Shown here one piece after another: positions 9,350 to 18,195 of a stretch of DNA of 64,000 nt (position 1 is its first letter; every line of letters begins with the position of its first letter). The stretch is from a virus. The stretch covers positions 32,001-96,000 of the IMG/VR virus record IMGVR_UViG_3300002144_000620. One strand, 5' to 3'. Under the pieces are notes generated by a model, which did not search any database, was not told where the DNA came from, and saw nothing but the letters and a program-made list of their open reading frames with translations. Both the position numbers and the translations under genes were made by a program.

Positions 9350-10096
9350 TTATTTGGGTGTTACAACTCCTCGTCTACTTACAACATCAGCTGATTTTTT
9401 GTTAGCGTCCATTATGGATAAACCTATATTGCCAGTAATGTAATAAGCTGATATAAATGCCGCTGTAAATGTATCCCCAGCACCACTGACATCAATTGTC
9501 TCTTGTGGATTTGGTGATGGATAATGGTTATTTTTATAACTAGCACCATTTTGACCTAGAGTTACGATGATGCCTTCATGATTTAAACTATCGTTATTCA
9601 TGAACTCATTTTCGTTTAGTTTAATAAAACTAAAATCTTTAATAATTTCATCCGTTAATTTTCTTTTACTATCTAATATAGATAACTTTGAATTACTAGA
9701 TATTTTTTTTAAATCAATGTCCGATAAAAAACCTTTGTTGTAATCACTTACAATAACAATATCCGAATCATTTATTACTTTATTGATATTATTATCATAT
9801 TTAAAAGGGGTTATAGATCTTTCACCATCATCAACACGTAAAAACATGTGATTAGATTTAGATTCAACATATCTAGTTTTTGTTATATTTTCTATCTGAG
9901 TAATTGTAGATACGTTTGATTCGTGTAGTATTACTCTGATATTAGCCTCTGTATTACCAGCCATACCGTTATTTTCGATTATTTTAATAGGGTTCAGAAC
10001 TGGAACTGGTGCTTCTGGTGATAATCTGTTTACATCGCAATAGATAAATCTATCTATACAAGTTTCACCAATAACTAAGACGTTAACGTTATTCAT
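9350..10096 (-). CDS. rfaE: RfaE/HldE-type heptose-7-phosphate kinase domain (PfkB family), stand-alone
   Basis: VLVIGE.CID..RLSPEAPVPV, VSDYNKG, VTLGQNG, DVSGAGDTF. Confidence 0.85.
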   Translation of the reverse strand: MNNVNVLVIGETCIDRFIYCDVNRLSPEAPVPVLNPIKIIENNGMAGNTEANIRVILHESNVSTITQIENITKTRYVESKSNHMFLRVDDGERSITPFKYDNNINKVINDSDIVIVSDYNKGFLSDIDLKKISSNSKLSILDSKRKLTDEIIKDFSFIKLNENEFMNNDSLNHEGIIVTLGQNGASYKNNHYPSPNPQETIDVSGAGDTFTAAFISAYYITGNIGLSIMDANKKSADVVSRRGVVTPK

Positions 10097-10100
10097 AATT

Positions 10101-10132
10101 CAAAAATAGTAAAAAAAAAGGGGGATATCAAA
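10101..10132 (-). promoter_or_regulatory. Bacteroidota-type sigma promoter (-33 TTTG, 20-nt spacer, -7 TATTTTTG) directly before the kinase ATG
   Basis: Minus strand: TTTG 10132-10129, TATTTTTG 10108-10101, ATG at 10096. Confidence 0.7.
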
Positions 10133-10140
10133 TCCCCCAA
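10111..10140 (-). terminator. Intrinsic terminator overlapping that promoter
   Basis: Minus strand GGGGGAT-TTGAT-ATCCCCC followed by T9. Confidence 0.85.
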
Positions 10141-10161
10141 TAATTTTTTTAAAAATAAAAA

Positions 10162-10347
10162 TTATTTTTCTTTGACAACTAAATTGTCAAATTTACCTGA
10201 TTTAGCAGCTTCAACAAAATCTGAAAACTGGTTTTTAGTCCAGGTAGTTATACCTTCAGGACCTTCTTTATCACCTAAAACAATAGAGTTTTCTTGCACT
10301 TCTATTACTGGGCAACATTTGTTTTTACAAAATTTAATTACATTCAT
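10162..10347 (-). CDS. Small Cys-containing hypothetical protein
   Basis: FCKNKCCPVIEV...FSDFVEAAKSGKFD; fits the operon layout. Confidence 0.7.
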   Translation of the reverse strand: MNVIKFCKNKCCPVIEVQENSIVLGDKEGPEGITTWTKNQFSDFVEAAKSGKFDNLVVKEK

Positions 10348-10352
10348 TGTTA

Positions 10353-10529
10353 TTAAATTTCTTCTGATTTCGTTTTAGAGACAATAGACCATATAATACC
10401 AATAGCTGTCATAGCAGCACCAGTTAATTCTACCATAGCGGCATCAGTTGTTAAACCTTTAGCTACAATAACACCACCAACAAAAGTTAGTATGTGTCTT
10501 ACGATTCCAATTACTTGTTCTTTCTTCAT
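10353..10529 (-). CDS. 58-aa two-TM membrane protein, putative holin (absent from the ORF track)
   Basis: Own translation: MKKEQVIGIVRHILTFVGGVIVAKGLTTDAAMVELTGAAMTAIGIIWSIVSKTKSEEI*; two hydrophobic segments and charged termini. Confidence 0.7.
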   Translation of the reverse strand: MKKEQVIGIVRHILTFVGGVIVAKGLTTDAAMVELTGAAMTAIGIIWSIVSKTKSEEI

Positions 10530-10547
10530 TTTTTTAATTAATTAATT

Positions 10548-11132
10548 TTATTTTTTATTATGTTCTTTTAGTGTCATTAATTTTCCACCAAAAATCTTAT
10601 CACCTATTTTAATCTGTATAGTTTCGTCAATAGACGATTTTTTACTAACTTGTTCCAATGTTTCCTCCACAGTTTTTTTAATTATATATTCAATTAATTT
10701 AGTATCCATTGCTGGTACCGAAGTTTCGTTAATAACCACTCTTTGTTGATCTGTGTGTAAAACATTTTCCTGAACTTGTTTTAATTCTGGTTGCGCAGCC
10801 TTTACTTTAGCTATTACACTATCTAAACCAACTGGCATTGTTGGGTCAACGATAGGGTTGCTAATGAAAGATTCTAATATTTCTTTGGGCATTTTAGATG
10901 AAGATAAATTTCTCATCGTATTTTTTTGTCCAGTATTTTTACTTTCGACTCTGGATCTCATTTCAGATTCGGAAATATACTCTGGTTCCTTTTCACTATA
11001 AGGGTCGGTATTACCTAAACCGTTATTATTAGAATTACTCCCATAGGAAGTATTTCCTTCTACTTTTTGCATTACTTTTCTAGCGTTAGCAATTCCTTGT
11101 GCTAATCTCTCTGCTTTATCTTGATTATCCAT
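10548..11132 (-). CDS. Hypothetical phage protein
   Basis: 194-aa ORF coupled to its neighbours. Confidence 0.75.
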   Translation of the reverse strand: MDNQDKAERLAQGIANARKVMQKVEGNTSYGSNSNNNGLGNTDPYSEKEPEYISESEMRSRVESKNTGQKNTMRNLSSSKMPKEILESFISNPIVDPTMPVGLDSVIAKVKAAQPELKQVQENVLHTDQQRVVINETSVPAMDTKLIEYIIKKTVEETLEQVSKKSSIDETIQIKIGDKIFGGKLMTLKEHNKK

Positions 11133-11673
11133 ATGTGTTATATATCCATTTTAAAAATCCAGAGCTATATGATTCATTGATTGTTGTTTCAAGATTTTCA
11201 TTATCCTCTGTTTCATTATCTATTTTAGGTTCTTTATCATTAGGGGTTGTTGTTCCAGCTTCTTTATTTACATCGGTGTAATATATAGCTTTATCGTTAT
11301 CCATCTTTTTATCAGAACCATCTGTTTTATAATCGTTTTTAGGTACGAATGTTTTGTATTCTCTTCCTGTTGAGTCATATAAAACTTCTATACTACCATC
11401 TTTTATTTCATCAACAATGAAAGTTTTCCACTTTTGGTTTTTAGTATTTGTAACACCAGTTGTTTGGTATCCTCTAAGCATCCATTTACCAGTACCTTTA
11501 CTTTTACCTAAAGCGACTGGTTGTACACGTCTATAGTTTTGTTTCGTGTATCTTTTTTCAGCTGGGTCACTAACTTTAATACCTCGATACCAGAATGTGA
11601 TCTCATATTTATTTTCGATCGCATCTTTAATCTTACTTAGTTTATCATCACCTTCATTTTCAATTATAAGCAT
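11125..11673 (-). CDS. Stand-alone WYL-domain-like protein
   Basis: IKDAIENKYEITFWY..RRVQPVALG..WMLRGYQ..WKTFIVDEI matches the WYL SH3-like pattern; no HTH seen. Confidence 0.7.
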   Translation of the reverse strand: MLIIENEGDDKLSKIKDAIENKYEITFWYRGIKVSDPAEKRYTKQNYRRVQPVALGKSKGTGKWMLRGYQTTGVTNTKNQKWKTFIVDEIKDGSIEVLYDSTGREYKTFVPKNDYKTDGSDKKMDNDKAIYYTDVNKEAGTTTPNDKEPKIDNETEDNENLETTINESYSSGFLKWIYNTYG

Positions 11674-11685
11674 AAAATAAAAAAA

Positions 11686-11967
11686 TTAAACCACAGATGA
11701 GTCTGGATACGTATGTGAATCTTTATAGTTGTTAACAGCGAGTAATTTAGATCTTTCTGCGATGTCGGTATCGTTACCGACAGTACCTTTACCCAAATCA
11801 CCTTTACCTTTAGTGTCACCATCACTAACAGCGTTTGGATTCGTAGCGCCATACTCAAATGAGTTTGGTTTATATTCGTTAACGGGGATTAATTTACCAT
11901 CCCTTTCGTCATTAGCAACTTGTCTAAGTTGTTCTGAAGCAGGTATTTTTAAAATGTTATTAGCCAT
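11686..11967 (-). CDS. Hypothetical protein
   Basis: 93-aa ORF co-oriented in the operon. Confidence 0.7.
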   Translation of the reverse strand: MANNILKIPASEQLRQVANDERDGKLIPVNEYKPNSFEYGATNPNAVSDGDTKGKGDLGKGTVGNDTDIAERSKLLAVNNYKDSHTYPDSSVV

Positions 11968-11972
11968 AATTA

Positions 11973-12488
11973 TTAAATTTTATTCATTAAATTTTTTATT
12001 TTATTTATATTTTCTAATAAAGCACTATTTGTCATTAAGTCAGGTGTATCCATGATTCTATCACCTAAACTAGTATCAAAATCATCATCTTTATTATCTT
12101 GTCTAAATTGTTTGTCCATACCAGCATTTGTTCTGGCCACTTTCTCACCTTTAACACGCTCTCTTTCACTTTTTATTAAACCTTGTACCCATTTATCCAT
12201 AATCTCACCACCATTTAAGTTGTACTCAATTGGGTCAACCTCATCAATATTTAAATTATCAAAATAATGTTTTATCATCACCAGATTAACGAATGGTTGG
12301 TTTGGATTGTTAACTAGATGGTTAGCTCTTTTGTAACCTTTAATTGTTTTGTGGTCAGAATATTTAGATAAAGCTTCCTTAAGAAATTCAATCACTTCGT
12401 TAGGTAAGTCGTAAAACTCATTATCTAATTTAGAATTCCTTTCCTGTAAAGCAACCTTTAGTTTAAATATATCACACAATTTATCCAT
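11973..12488 (-). CDS. Hypothetical protein
   Basis: 171-aa ORF; C-terminal LLENINKIKNLM motif. Confidence 0.75.
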   Translation of the reverse strand: MDKLCDIFKLKVALQERNSKLDNEFYDLPNEVIEFLKEALSKYSDHKTIKGYKRANHLVNNPNQPFVNLVMIKHYFDNLNIDEVDPIEYNLNGGEIMDKWVQGLIKSERERVKGEKVARTNAGMDKQFRQDNKDDDFDTSLGDRIMDTPDLMTNSALLENINKIKNLMNKI

Positions 12489-13047
12489 TATTTAAAGATT
12501 TTTTAAAATAGTCTAATAGAACGTTCTTTTCAGATTCATTCATGTTTTGGTTAAAAAATTCAATCATTTGGTCAAATTTACCTAAGATTAAGTTTTCTTT
12601 ATCTCTAATCTCTTCTATGGTAACAGGCATATTTCTAGATATTATACTACTGTCATTTGTTTTAGACATCAAATCCTCTAACATTTTAAAAGCTTTTTCT
12701 TTAGCGGCTTTTTTAAGCGTGTCTTTAGGATTAGCTGGTTTAACTTCTTTCTTAGCTTTTACTTCAATAAAGTAATCCTCAAAAGTATTTTCCAAACCTT
12801 TTTCATATAAGAAATTATAAAATTTTCCTGGTGTATCTTTGTGTTTGTCAGCTACCTCGTTAAAAGGTAATGTTGACTCACCGTAGTATCTTCTGTAATT
12901 TTGAAATACGAAAGGTTGTCTTGTCATTAAAATAGTCGCATCAGTTGTTTTACGTGAAGTGTTTTTGTGATCAAAATTTTTAAGATCACCACTTATCATG
13001 GTACCATCTGAATTGATAAATTCTTTAATTTCTTTATTATTTTCCAT
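12481..13047 (-). CDS. Hypothetical protein, first gene after a TATTTATA motif
   Basis: 188-aa ORF; TATTTATA on minus strand at 13067-13060. Confidence 0.75.
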   Translation of the reverse strand: MENNKEIKEFINSDGTMISGDLKNFDHKNTSRKTTDATILMTRQPFVFQNYRRYYGESTLPFNEVADKHKDTPGKFYNFLYEKGLENTFEDYFIEVKAKKEVKPANPKDTLKKAAKEKAFKMLEDLMSKTNDSSIISRNMPVTIEEIRDKENLILGKFDQMIEFFNQNMNESEKNVLLDYFKKSLNNG

Positions 13048-13091
13048 TAGATATTTCTATATAAATATCCTTAACTTAGGTAATATTTCAA

Positions 13092-16000
13092 TTAAACTGG
13101 AATTTCTTCATTGAACCCAGGTATTTTAAACACAATATTATCATCAAACCAATAATCTGGGTTATATGACATTTTAGCCCAGAATTCTTTTTCCATAGGG
13201 GATGGTGTGTAGAACTCTATTAAAGTATCTTGATCACCTATATCATTTGGTTGGTTATTAACTAAATTCAATTCTGATTTAAGATACATTTTCTTATCTT
13301 CTGGCTTTGTAATTAATATACCATCTCTAATATCAATTGGGTAAGACACTAATAAAGGTCTAATTTTTTTATTAAACGCATCTAAGTATTTCGGTACATT
13401 ATATTCACCTATGTAGTCTGGTTGATTTTCAATTATATCCATAGGTACTAGAGACGCATACATGTTTCCGTTTTTATCCTCCTGAGCATCACCATGTGAT
13501 TTTGTTTTACCGTTATTAACGTAATATATTGTATCACCTAAATTAATATTTAAATTATTTAAAACAGCTAATTCCATATGAGCTTGTTTTGGTAATTGTC
13601 TACCATTTTTATCAACACCCCTATTTTTATAATCACTGATACCCTTTTTAACTCTGGATTTAGTTGCTATTTTAGCTAAAGGTATTTCTTTATTATATAT
13701 CTTTTCAGCGTATTCATGGTAGTATTTAACGAAATCATAACCTTTACCCTCTAATAACATCTTTATCCCTTTATTAAGAAATTCTTCGATATATAAAGGT
13801 AATTTTTTTGACTTAATACTGTTACCAGTCAAACTAATATTACCATCGTATTCGAGTAGTGCGTAATTTTTTCTAGATAAATTAATTGTGGATGGCCATA
13901 CACCATCTAAACCTAACCCCATCTCGTTTCGCATATATAGGTCGTTAAATTCAGCCACCACAGCTTCTACACCAGTATATATCTTACCAGCTGTAACTTC
14001 ATCATTTAAACCTTTACCAACATATGTAAATGGTTCACCATCTTCTGGTGCTGTAAAGTTAACACCGTCAGTATCTAATACTGATGGTTCGTAACCTTTC
14101 TTTATAAAGAAATTAACCAGTAGTCTAAGATATTGTCTAGCTGTACACGTTATTTGTTCACTAACATCTATCTCAGCCCATTGAAACGCCATGGGGGCAC
14201 CAAGGGCACCAAACATTGAGTTAATAAATATCTTAAGCGGTAACTGTTTACGCTTATATTTATCGGCTAACTGATAATTCCCATCTTTTTTGTATTTACT
14301 AGCTAAGTTTTTAGCGTTAAATCGTTCGGTATGGAAGTATTTTAACATCGACTTCATAGCCCCATTTATATCGGCAGTGGGAAAAATATCATGCGCTAAT
14401 TGAATTGCTGGATAAAGTGAGTTGTAATCCATCTTTCTTAATTCCTCTGAATAACCAACTTTAAATAATCTAGATAAACCACCTGTAAAATCACGTCTAC
14501 CTTCTGGTACTGGAATAGCTAAATTATTTTCAAATGAATATGCCATCATTAGTAGTTTCCATAAACCAGCTGTACCCATTGTTGATACTCTTTGATAGGT
14601 TGTTGGTACTAATTTAGCTAGTAAAAATGAAGATTGGTTATAAACTTCGTCAACTTCCATAGTTTCCCATAAGTCGTCAATAAGGTATCTTTCAACAATA
14701 TATTTGCCGTCAACCTCTTCTATTGTGTCTATGTAAGCACGTAAAGCTTTAAGTGTCTGAATTAAAAAAGCATATGTTTTTGGTGCTCTAATTTGTAATT
14801 GGGATGAATCGTTACCGATACCACTTTTAGGAAAAATAATTCTTTTACCTTTATTGATATGGTGTATTATATTTTTTATACCTTGGTTAATGATAACCTT
14901 ATTATCATCAAGTTCTAGATCATTAAAAAATGAATCGTCAGTGGTTTCTGATTTTTTCTTTGTTATAATACCGATAGCGTTTGTTTCACCACGCATTTCT
15001 TTAGATTGTTCACCGTAACCACTCATTAATACATTGTCACTATAAACAAATATATCATTAGGGTTTGACTTAACGTATTCACGGGTTATGTTGTCAATAA
15101 ATTCGATTGAAGGTTTTGTTTTAGTGAAACCACCAGTTCTGTTATTGAAATAGAACTTTTCTTCAGAATACCAAGTGTTTCCAATTTTATCACCATCGAT
15201 ATAAACACGATTACTTTTATTAATTTTGTTGTATTTACAAACATACTTAAGACCAACAGACTTCATACTAGAATCAATTGCTTGTGCACGTCTAGCAGAA
15301 TGCATTATATCGATGATGCTGTAACCAAACATATTTGTTTGTTCATAGTTCTCAACCTCATTACCTAGTTTAAGCATACCAGATTTATTGTTAATTAATT
15401 CACCAACTTTAAGTGTTATAGCTATCTTTTGTATATCTAAACCCAATATTTCACACCTCTTAAAAAAGAATGGCCAGTCGAAATTAGAGCTATTGTATCC
15501 AGCGATAATAGCGGGTTTTATATCATTAATTTTATCAAAGAATTTAATGATACCTTGTCTTTCGGATTCATCATCATCTTCTATAGGTATAATTTCTTCA
15601 ATACCTTGATTGGTGTATATACCTATCATGAATATTCTACTAACTTTAGGGTCTAAGCCAGTTGTCTCTAAATCGAATACCATTTTATGTATTTCTGAGT
15701 ATTCATCGAACCCTTTGAATAAACGTTTACCTGTATGTATTAAATATTGTTCAACAGGTGATACCATTAAGAAATGGTTATTAATATCACTTCTTTTATC
15801 GTAAATGTAGATCCCACCATCTTTAAAAAATTGTAACATTCTTTGATGACCTTGATTACAAGTAACTAAGTACTTATACCCATCAATTAATTTAGGGTGA
15901 TTACCGTTTTCTAGAGACTTTATTTCGATACCAAATTTTTCTCTAGCTGATTTTATCTTGGCATGACTATTACCGTAAAAATTAACAATTTCTTTAACCT

Positions 16001-16193
16001 TATTAAGGTTTTTTATCCACATAAAAGCTAATAGCGGTTCTTTCTCAATATATAAACCTTTTTCTGGATCTTGTTTTATCTTATGGATAAGATTTGTATC
16101 ACGATCATACTCTATATTTACTATATATTTCTCATCATCATGTCCATTCAAAAACTTCTCTATTTCGTCTAAAGGTATTTTATACTCAGCCAT
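13092..16193 (-). CDS. polB: Family B DNA polymerase with an inserted domain in the 3'-5' exonuclease
   Basis: ExoI FDLETTG, ExoII GYNSSNFDW, ExoIII YLIDD; motif A DYNSLYP, B KIFINSMFG, C DTDG. True start likely ATG 16193 (MAEYK), because the track's TTG at 16214 lies within the -7 box. Confidence 0.95.
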   Translation of the reverse strand: MAEYKIPLDEIEKFLNGHDDEKYIVNIEYDRDTNLIHKIKQDPEKGLYIEKEPLLAFMWIKNLNKVKEIVNFYGNSHAKIKSAREKFGIEIKSLENGNHPKLIDGYKYLVTCNQGHQRMLQFFKDGGIYIYDKRSDINNHFLMVSPVEQYLIHTGKRLFKGFDEYSEIHKMVFDLETTGLDPKVSRIFMIGIYTNQGIEEIIPIEDDDESERQGIIKFFDKINDIKPAIIAGYNSSNFDWPFFFKRCEILGLDIQKIAITLKVGELINNKSGMLKLGNEVENYEQTNMFGYSIIDIMHSARRAQAIDSSMKSVGLKYVCKYNKINKSNRVYIDGDKIGNTWYSEEKFYFNNRTGGFTKTKPSIEFIDNITREYVKSNPNDIFVYSDNVLMSGYGEQSKEMRGETNAIGIITKKKSETTDDSFFNDLELDDNKVIINQGIKNIIHHINKGKRIIFPKSGIGNDSSQLQIRAPKTYAFLIQTLKALRAYIDTIEEVDGKYIVERYLIDDLWETMEVDEVYNQSSFLLAKLVPTTYQRVSTMGTAGLWKLLMMAYSFENNLAIPVPEGRRDFTGGLSRLFKVGYSEELRKMDYNSLYPAIQLAHDIFPTADINGAMKSMLKYFHTERFNAKNLASKYKKDGNYQLADKYKRKQLPLKIFINSMFGALGAPMAFQWAEIDVSEQITCTARQYLRLLVNFFIKKGYEPSVLDTDGVNFTAPEDGEPFTYVGKGLNDEVTAGKIYTGVEAVVAEFNDLYMRNEMGLGLDGVWPSTINLSRKNYALLEYDGNISLTGNSIKSKKLPLYIEEFLNKGIKMLLEGKGYDFVKYYHEYAEKIYNKEIPLAKIATKSRVKKGISDYKNRGVDKNGRQLPKQAHMELAVLNNLNINLGDTIYYVNNGKTKSHGDAQEDKNGNMYASLVPMDIIENQPDYIGEYNVPKYLDAFNKKIRPLLVSYPIDIRDGILITKPEDKKMYLKSELNLVNNQPNDIGDQDTLIEFYTPSPMEKEFWAKMSYNPDYWFDDNIVFKIPGFNEEIPV

Positions 16194-16211
16194 TATATTG
16201 TTTATTTTGGA

Positions 16212-16243
16212 CAAATATAGTATAAGCTTAGTTAAAAAACAAA
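16212..16243 (-). promoter_or_regulatory. Bacteroidota-type promoter for the DNA polymerase
   Basis: TTTG (16243-16240), 20 nt, TATATTTG (16219-16212). Confidence 0.75.
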
Positions 16244-16261
16244 GTTGTACTGTGTTTTTTT

Positions 16262-16663
16262 TTAAACTATGTCGGTTTTTACAAATGAATCTAGTACGTG
16301 AATGTACAGTTGTTCTTGTATTGGTGCTATTAATTCACCGTATACAGAAGTTGGGTCAGCTAAATTAAATAGCGTGATTTTAAACTCACCTAAAAAAATA
16401 CCAGGTTTGTTTGTGTCATTTTTTGTGAATTGGTATGTTATGATATAATTTTTATCAGAAGTATCCTCACATGGTTTTTCTAAAACAATATTTGCTTCTT
16501 TATTAGCTACTTTATATACACCAGTTTTCTCATCCTTCATAGCAAATGTTACCACTGCATTTTCGAGTAATTCCTCAAAGTGTCTAAAGTCGTTACGACC
16601 ATCCCTAAAAACTTTCATTTTTAAAATAGGTAATGTTGAATTTTGTCTTATACTGAATATCAT
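16262..16663 (-). CDS. BppU N-terminal-like virion structural protein
   Basis: FSIRQNSTLPIL..TFAMKD..YQFTKNDTNKPGIFLGEFKI pattern. Confidence 0.6.
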   Translation of the reverse strand: MIFSIRQNSTLPILKMKVFRDGRNDFRHFEELLENAVVTFAMKDEKTGVYKVANKEANIVLEKPCEDTSDKNYIITYQFTKNDTNKPGIFLGEFKITLFNLADPTSVYGELIAPIQEQLYIHVLDSFVKTDIV

Positions 16664-18195
16664 TAGAATAATTTATTTATAAATATCTTTCTTCCACCTT
16701 TTATCGTTTTCAAATTGTATTTAGTGGTTATGTTTTTAATAATATCTTTAATTTCCATCGTATATAGAGGTGTACATAGCATTTGAAAATCTTTAACACC
16801 ACCTAGAAAAGTGCCTGTAAAGAATTTATCTAATATAGTATCTATTTGTTTAGTGTTATCTAAATATAACGCCTCATTTAGGTTTTGAGTACCACCTCCG
16901 TATGATAAGTTATAAGGTACACCTTCTTGATAAACATCTTCAGTATCTAAACCGTGCGTTATTAATTCAATGAAATCGGTATTCCTTAAAACTAGAAATC
17001 CGTTTATGTATATCGAAAAATTACCCTTTTTATACTCACCATATTTAAGTTCACAAGCATCATTATAAGGGAAATCACGTTCAAAAACACAACTAATATG
17101 CATAAATTTCTCTTCATTTACATCTATCATGGGTTTTTTTGTGTAACACTCTTCTATAGTGAAATATTTTGTAACTATTAAACTAGTAGTGTGGTTTTTA
17201 CACGGATTATCTGGTTGTAGTACAAATGATTCGTTTGTTACACCTGAAACTTCTTGTGTTTCGCCTGTGTAACATATGTCGGTTGGGTATATTGTTCTAT
17301 AACCAATTCTACCGTCTGGTGTAATTCTTACACCTATTGAATTATAATATAAGTCAACGTATTCTTGCTTATATTTTAATTTTTTAGACTCTTCGGTATA
17401 TTTTTTACCAGTGTACATTGACCCATCATGGTAGTTATAGTAACCGATGTATTTATTAATACCATCTAATGTTATTAGATCGCTGTATGTATATATGTTT
17501 GCACCTTCTTTAGGTGCTATACCGTAACCATCGTTTAGTTTCTGAATTTCTATATCTGTTAAATCAGTAAATTTATTTTCAGCTCTAGTACCCATGTAAA
17601 ATATAAAACCTGTATTACCAGAGTAATCATCGTTTAATATATTTTTAGTCGCACCAGTTATATTTGTATACATCGGGAAATGTATTACCATGTTTGATGT
17701 CCACCCTAATCTAACTCTAGATGGAAACCATTCTACTGGTTGATTCTCAACTTTATAAAACCCTTGATAGAAACCACCGTTTAGTTGGTTATAATATTCA
17801 TTGTTATAAATCTCATTTGTATTGATATCGTAACCGTATAGACCAGTGTATCCAGAAACTGAATGGAAACAAAAGGTATCACCACTTTCGATAACATATG
17901 TTAAGGTTGGGTCGACCAATATTTCATTACCATTTTTAGTTTTAGTCGATACTGGGTTGTTTATACCGTTAAATATAGTATTATCGTTAGGTATAAAAGT
18001 ATTATCATAACCAGTTAAACTTATATTTTTAAGATATATATCATCACCACTATAAGCGTTTTTGATAGAACATAGATTATTGGTGATATCAATGTTAATT
18101 AAATCGCATTCACTATAGTCACGGTAAAAATCACGACAATCTTTACTTACGATTAAATCAAAATAATCACTTTTATCTAGTTCGTTATAAAACAT
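16663..18195 (-). CDS. Probable virion structural protein (beta-rich, ConA/LamG-like C-terminus)
   Basis: Lies between the neck and BppU-like genes; HISCVF..FSIYINGFLV..FLGGVKDF. Confidence 0.55.
   Translation of the reverse strand: MFYNELDKSDYFDLIVSKDCRDFYRDYSECDLINIDITNNLCSIKNAYSGDDIYLKNISLTGYDNTFIPNDNTIFNGINNPVSTKTKNGNEILVDPTLTYVIESGDTFCFHSVSGYTGLYGYDINTNEIYNNEYYNQLNGGFYQGFYKVENQPVEWFPSRVRLGWTSNMVIHFPMYTNITGATKNILNDDYSGNTGFIFYMGTRAENKFTDLTDIEIQKLNDGYGIAPKEGANIYTYSDLITLDGINKYIGYYNYHDGSMYTGKKYTEESKKLKYKQEYVDLYYNSIGVRITPDGRIGYRTIYPTDICYTGETQEVSGVTNESFVLQPDNPCKNHTTSLIVTKYFTIEECYTKKPMIDVNEEKFMHISCVFERDFPYNDACELKYGEYKKGNFSIYINGFLVLRNTDFIELITHGLDTEDVYQEGVPYNLSYGGGTQNLNEALYLDNTKQIDTILDKFFTGTFLGGVKDFQMLCTPLYTMEIKDIIKNITTKYNLKTIKGGRKIFINKLF

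Noticed and set aside
14742-15107. Intein or intron in the DNA polymerase
   Set aside because: The frame is open, with no intein splice-junction residues and no LAGLIDADG/HNH motifs.
16194-16214. Track N-terminal extensions (polymerase TTG start; also 2777-2839 and 7480-7539)
   Set aside because: They overlap a promoter box or the upstream gene; downstream ATGs fit better.
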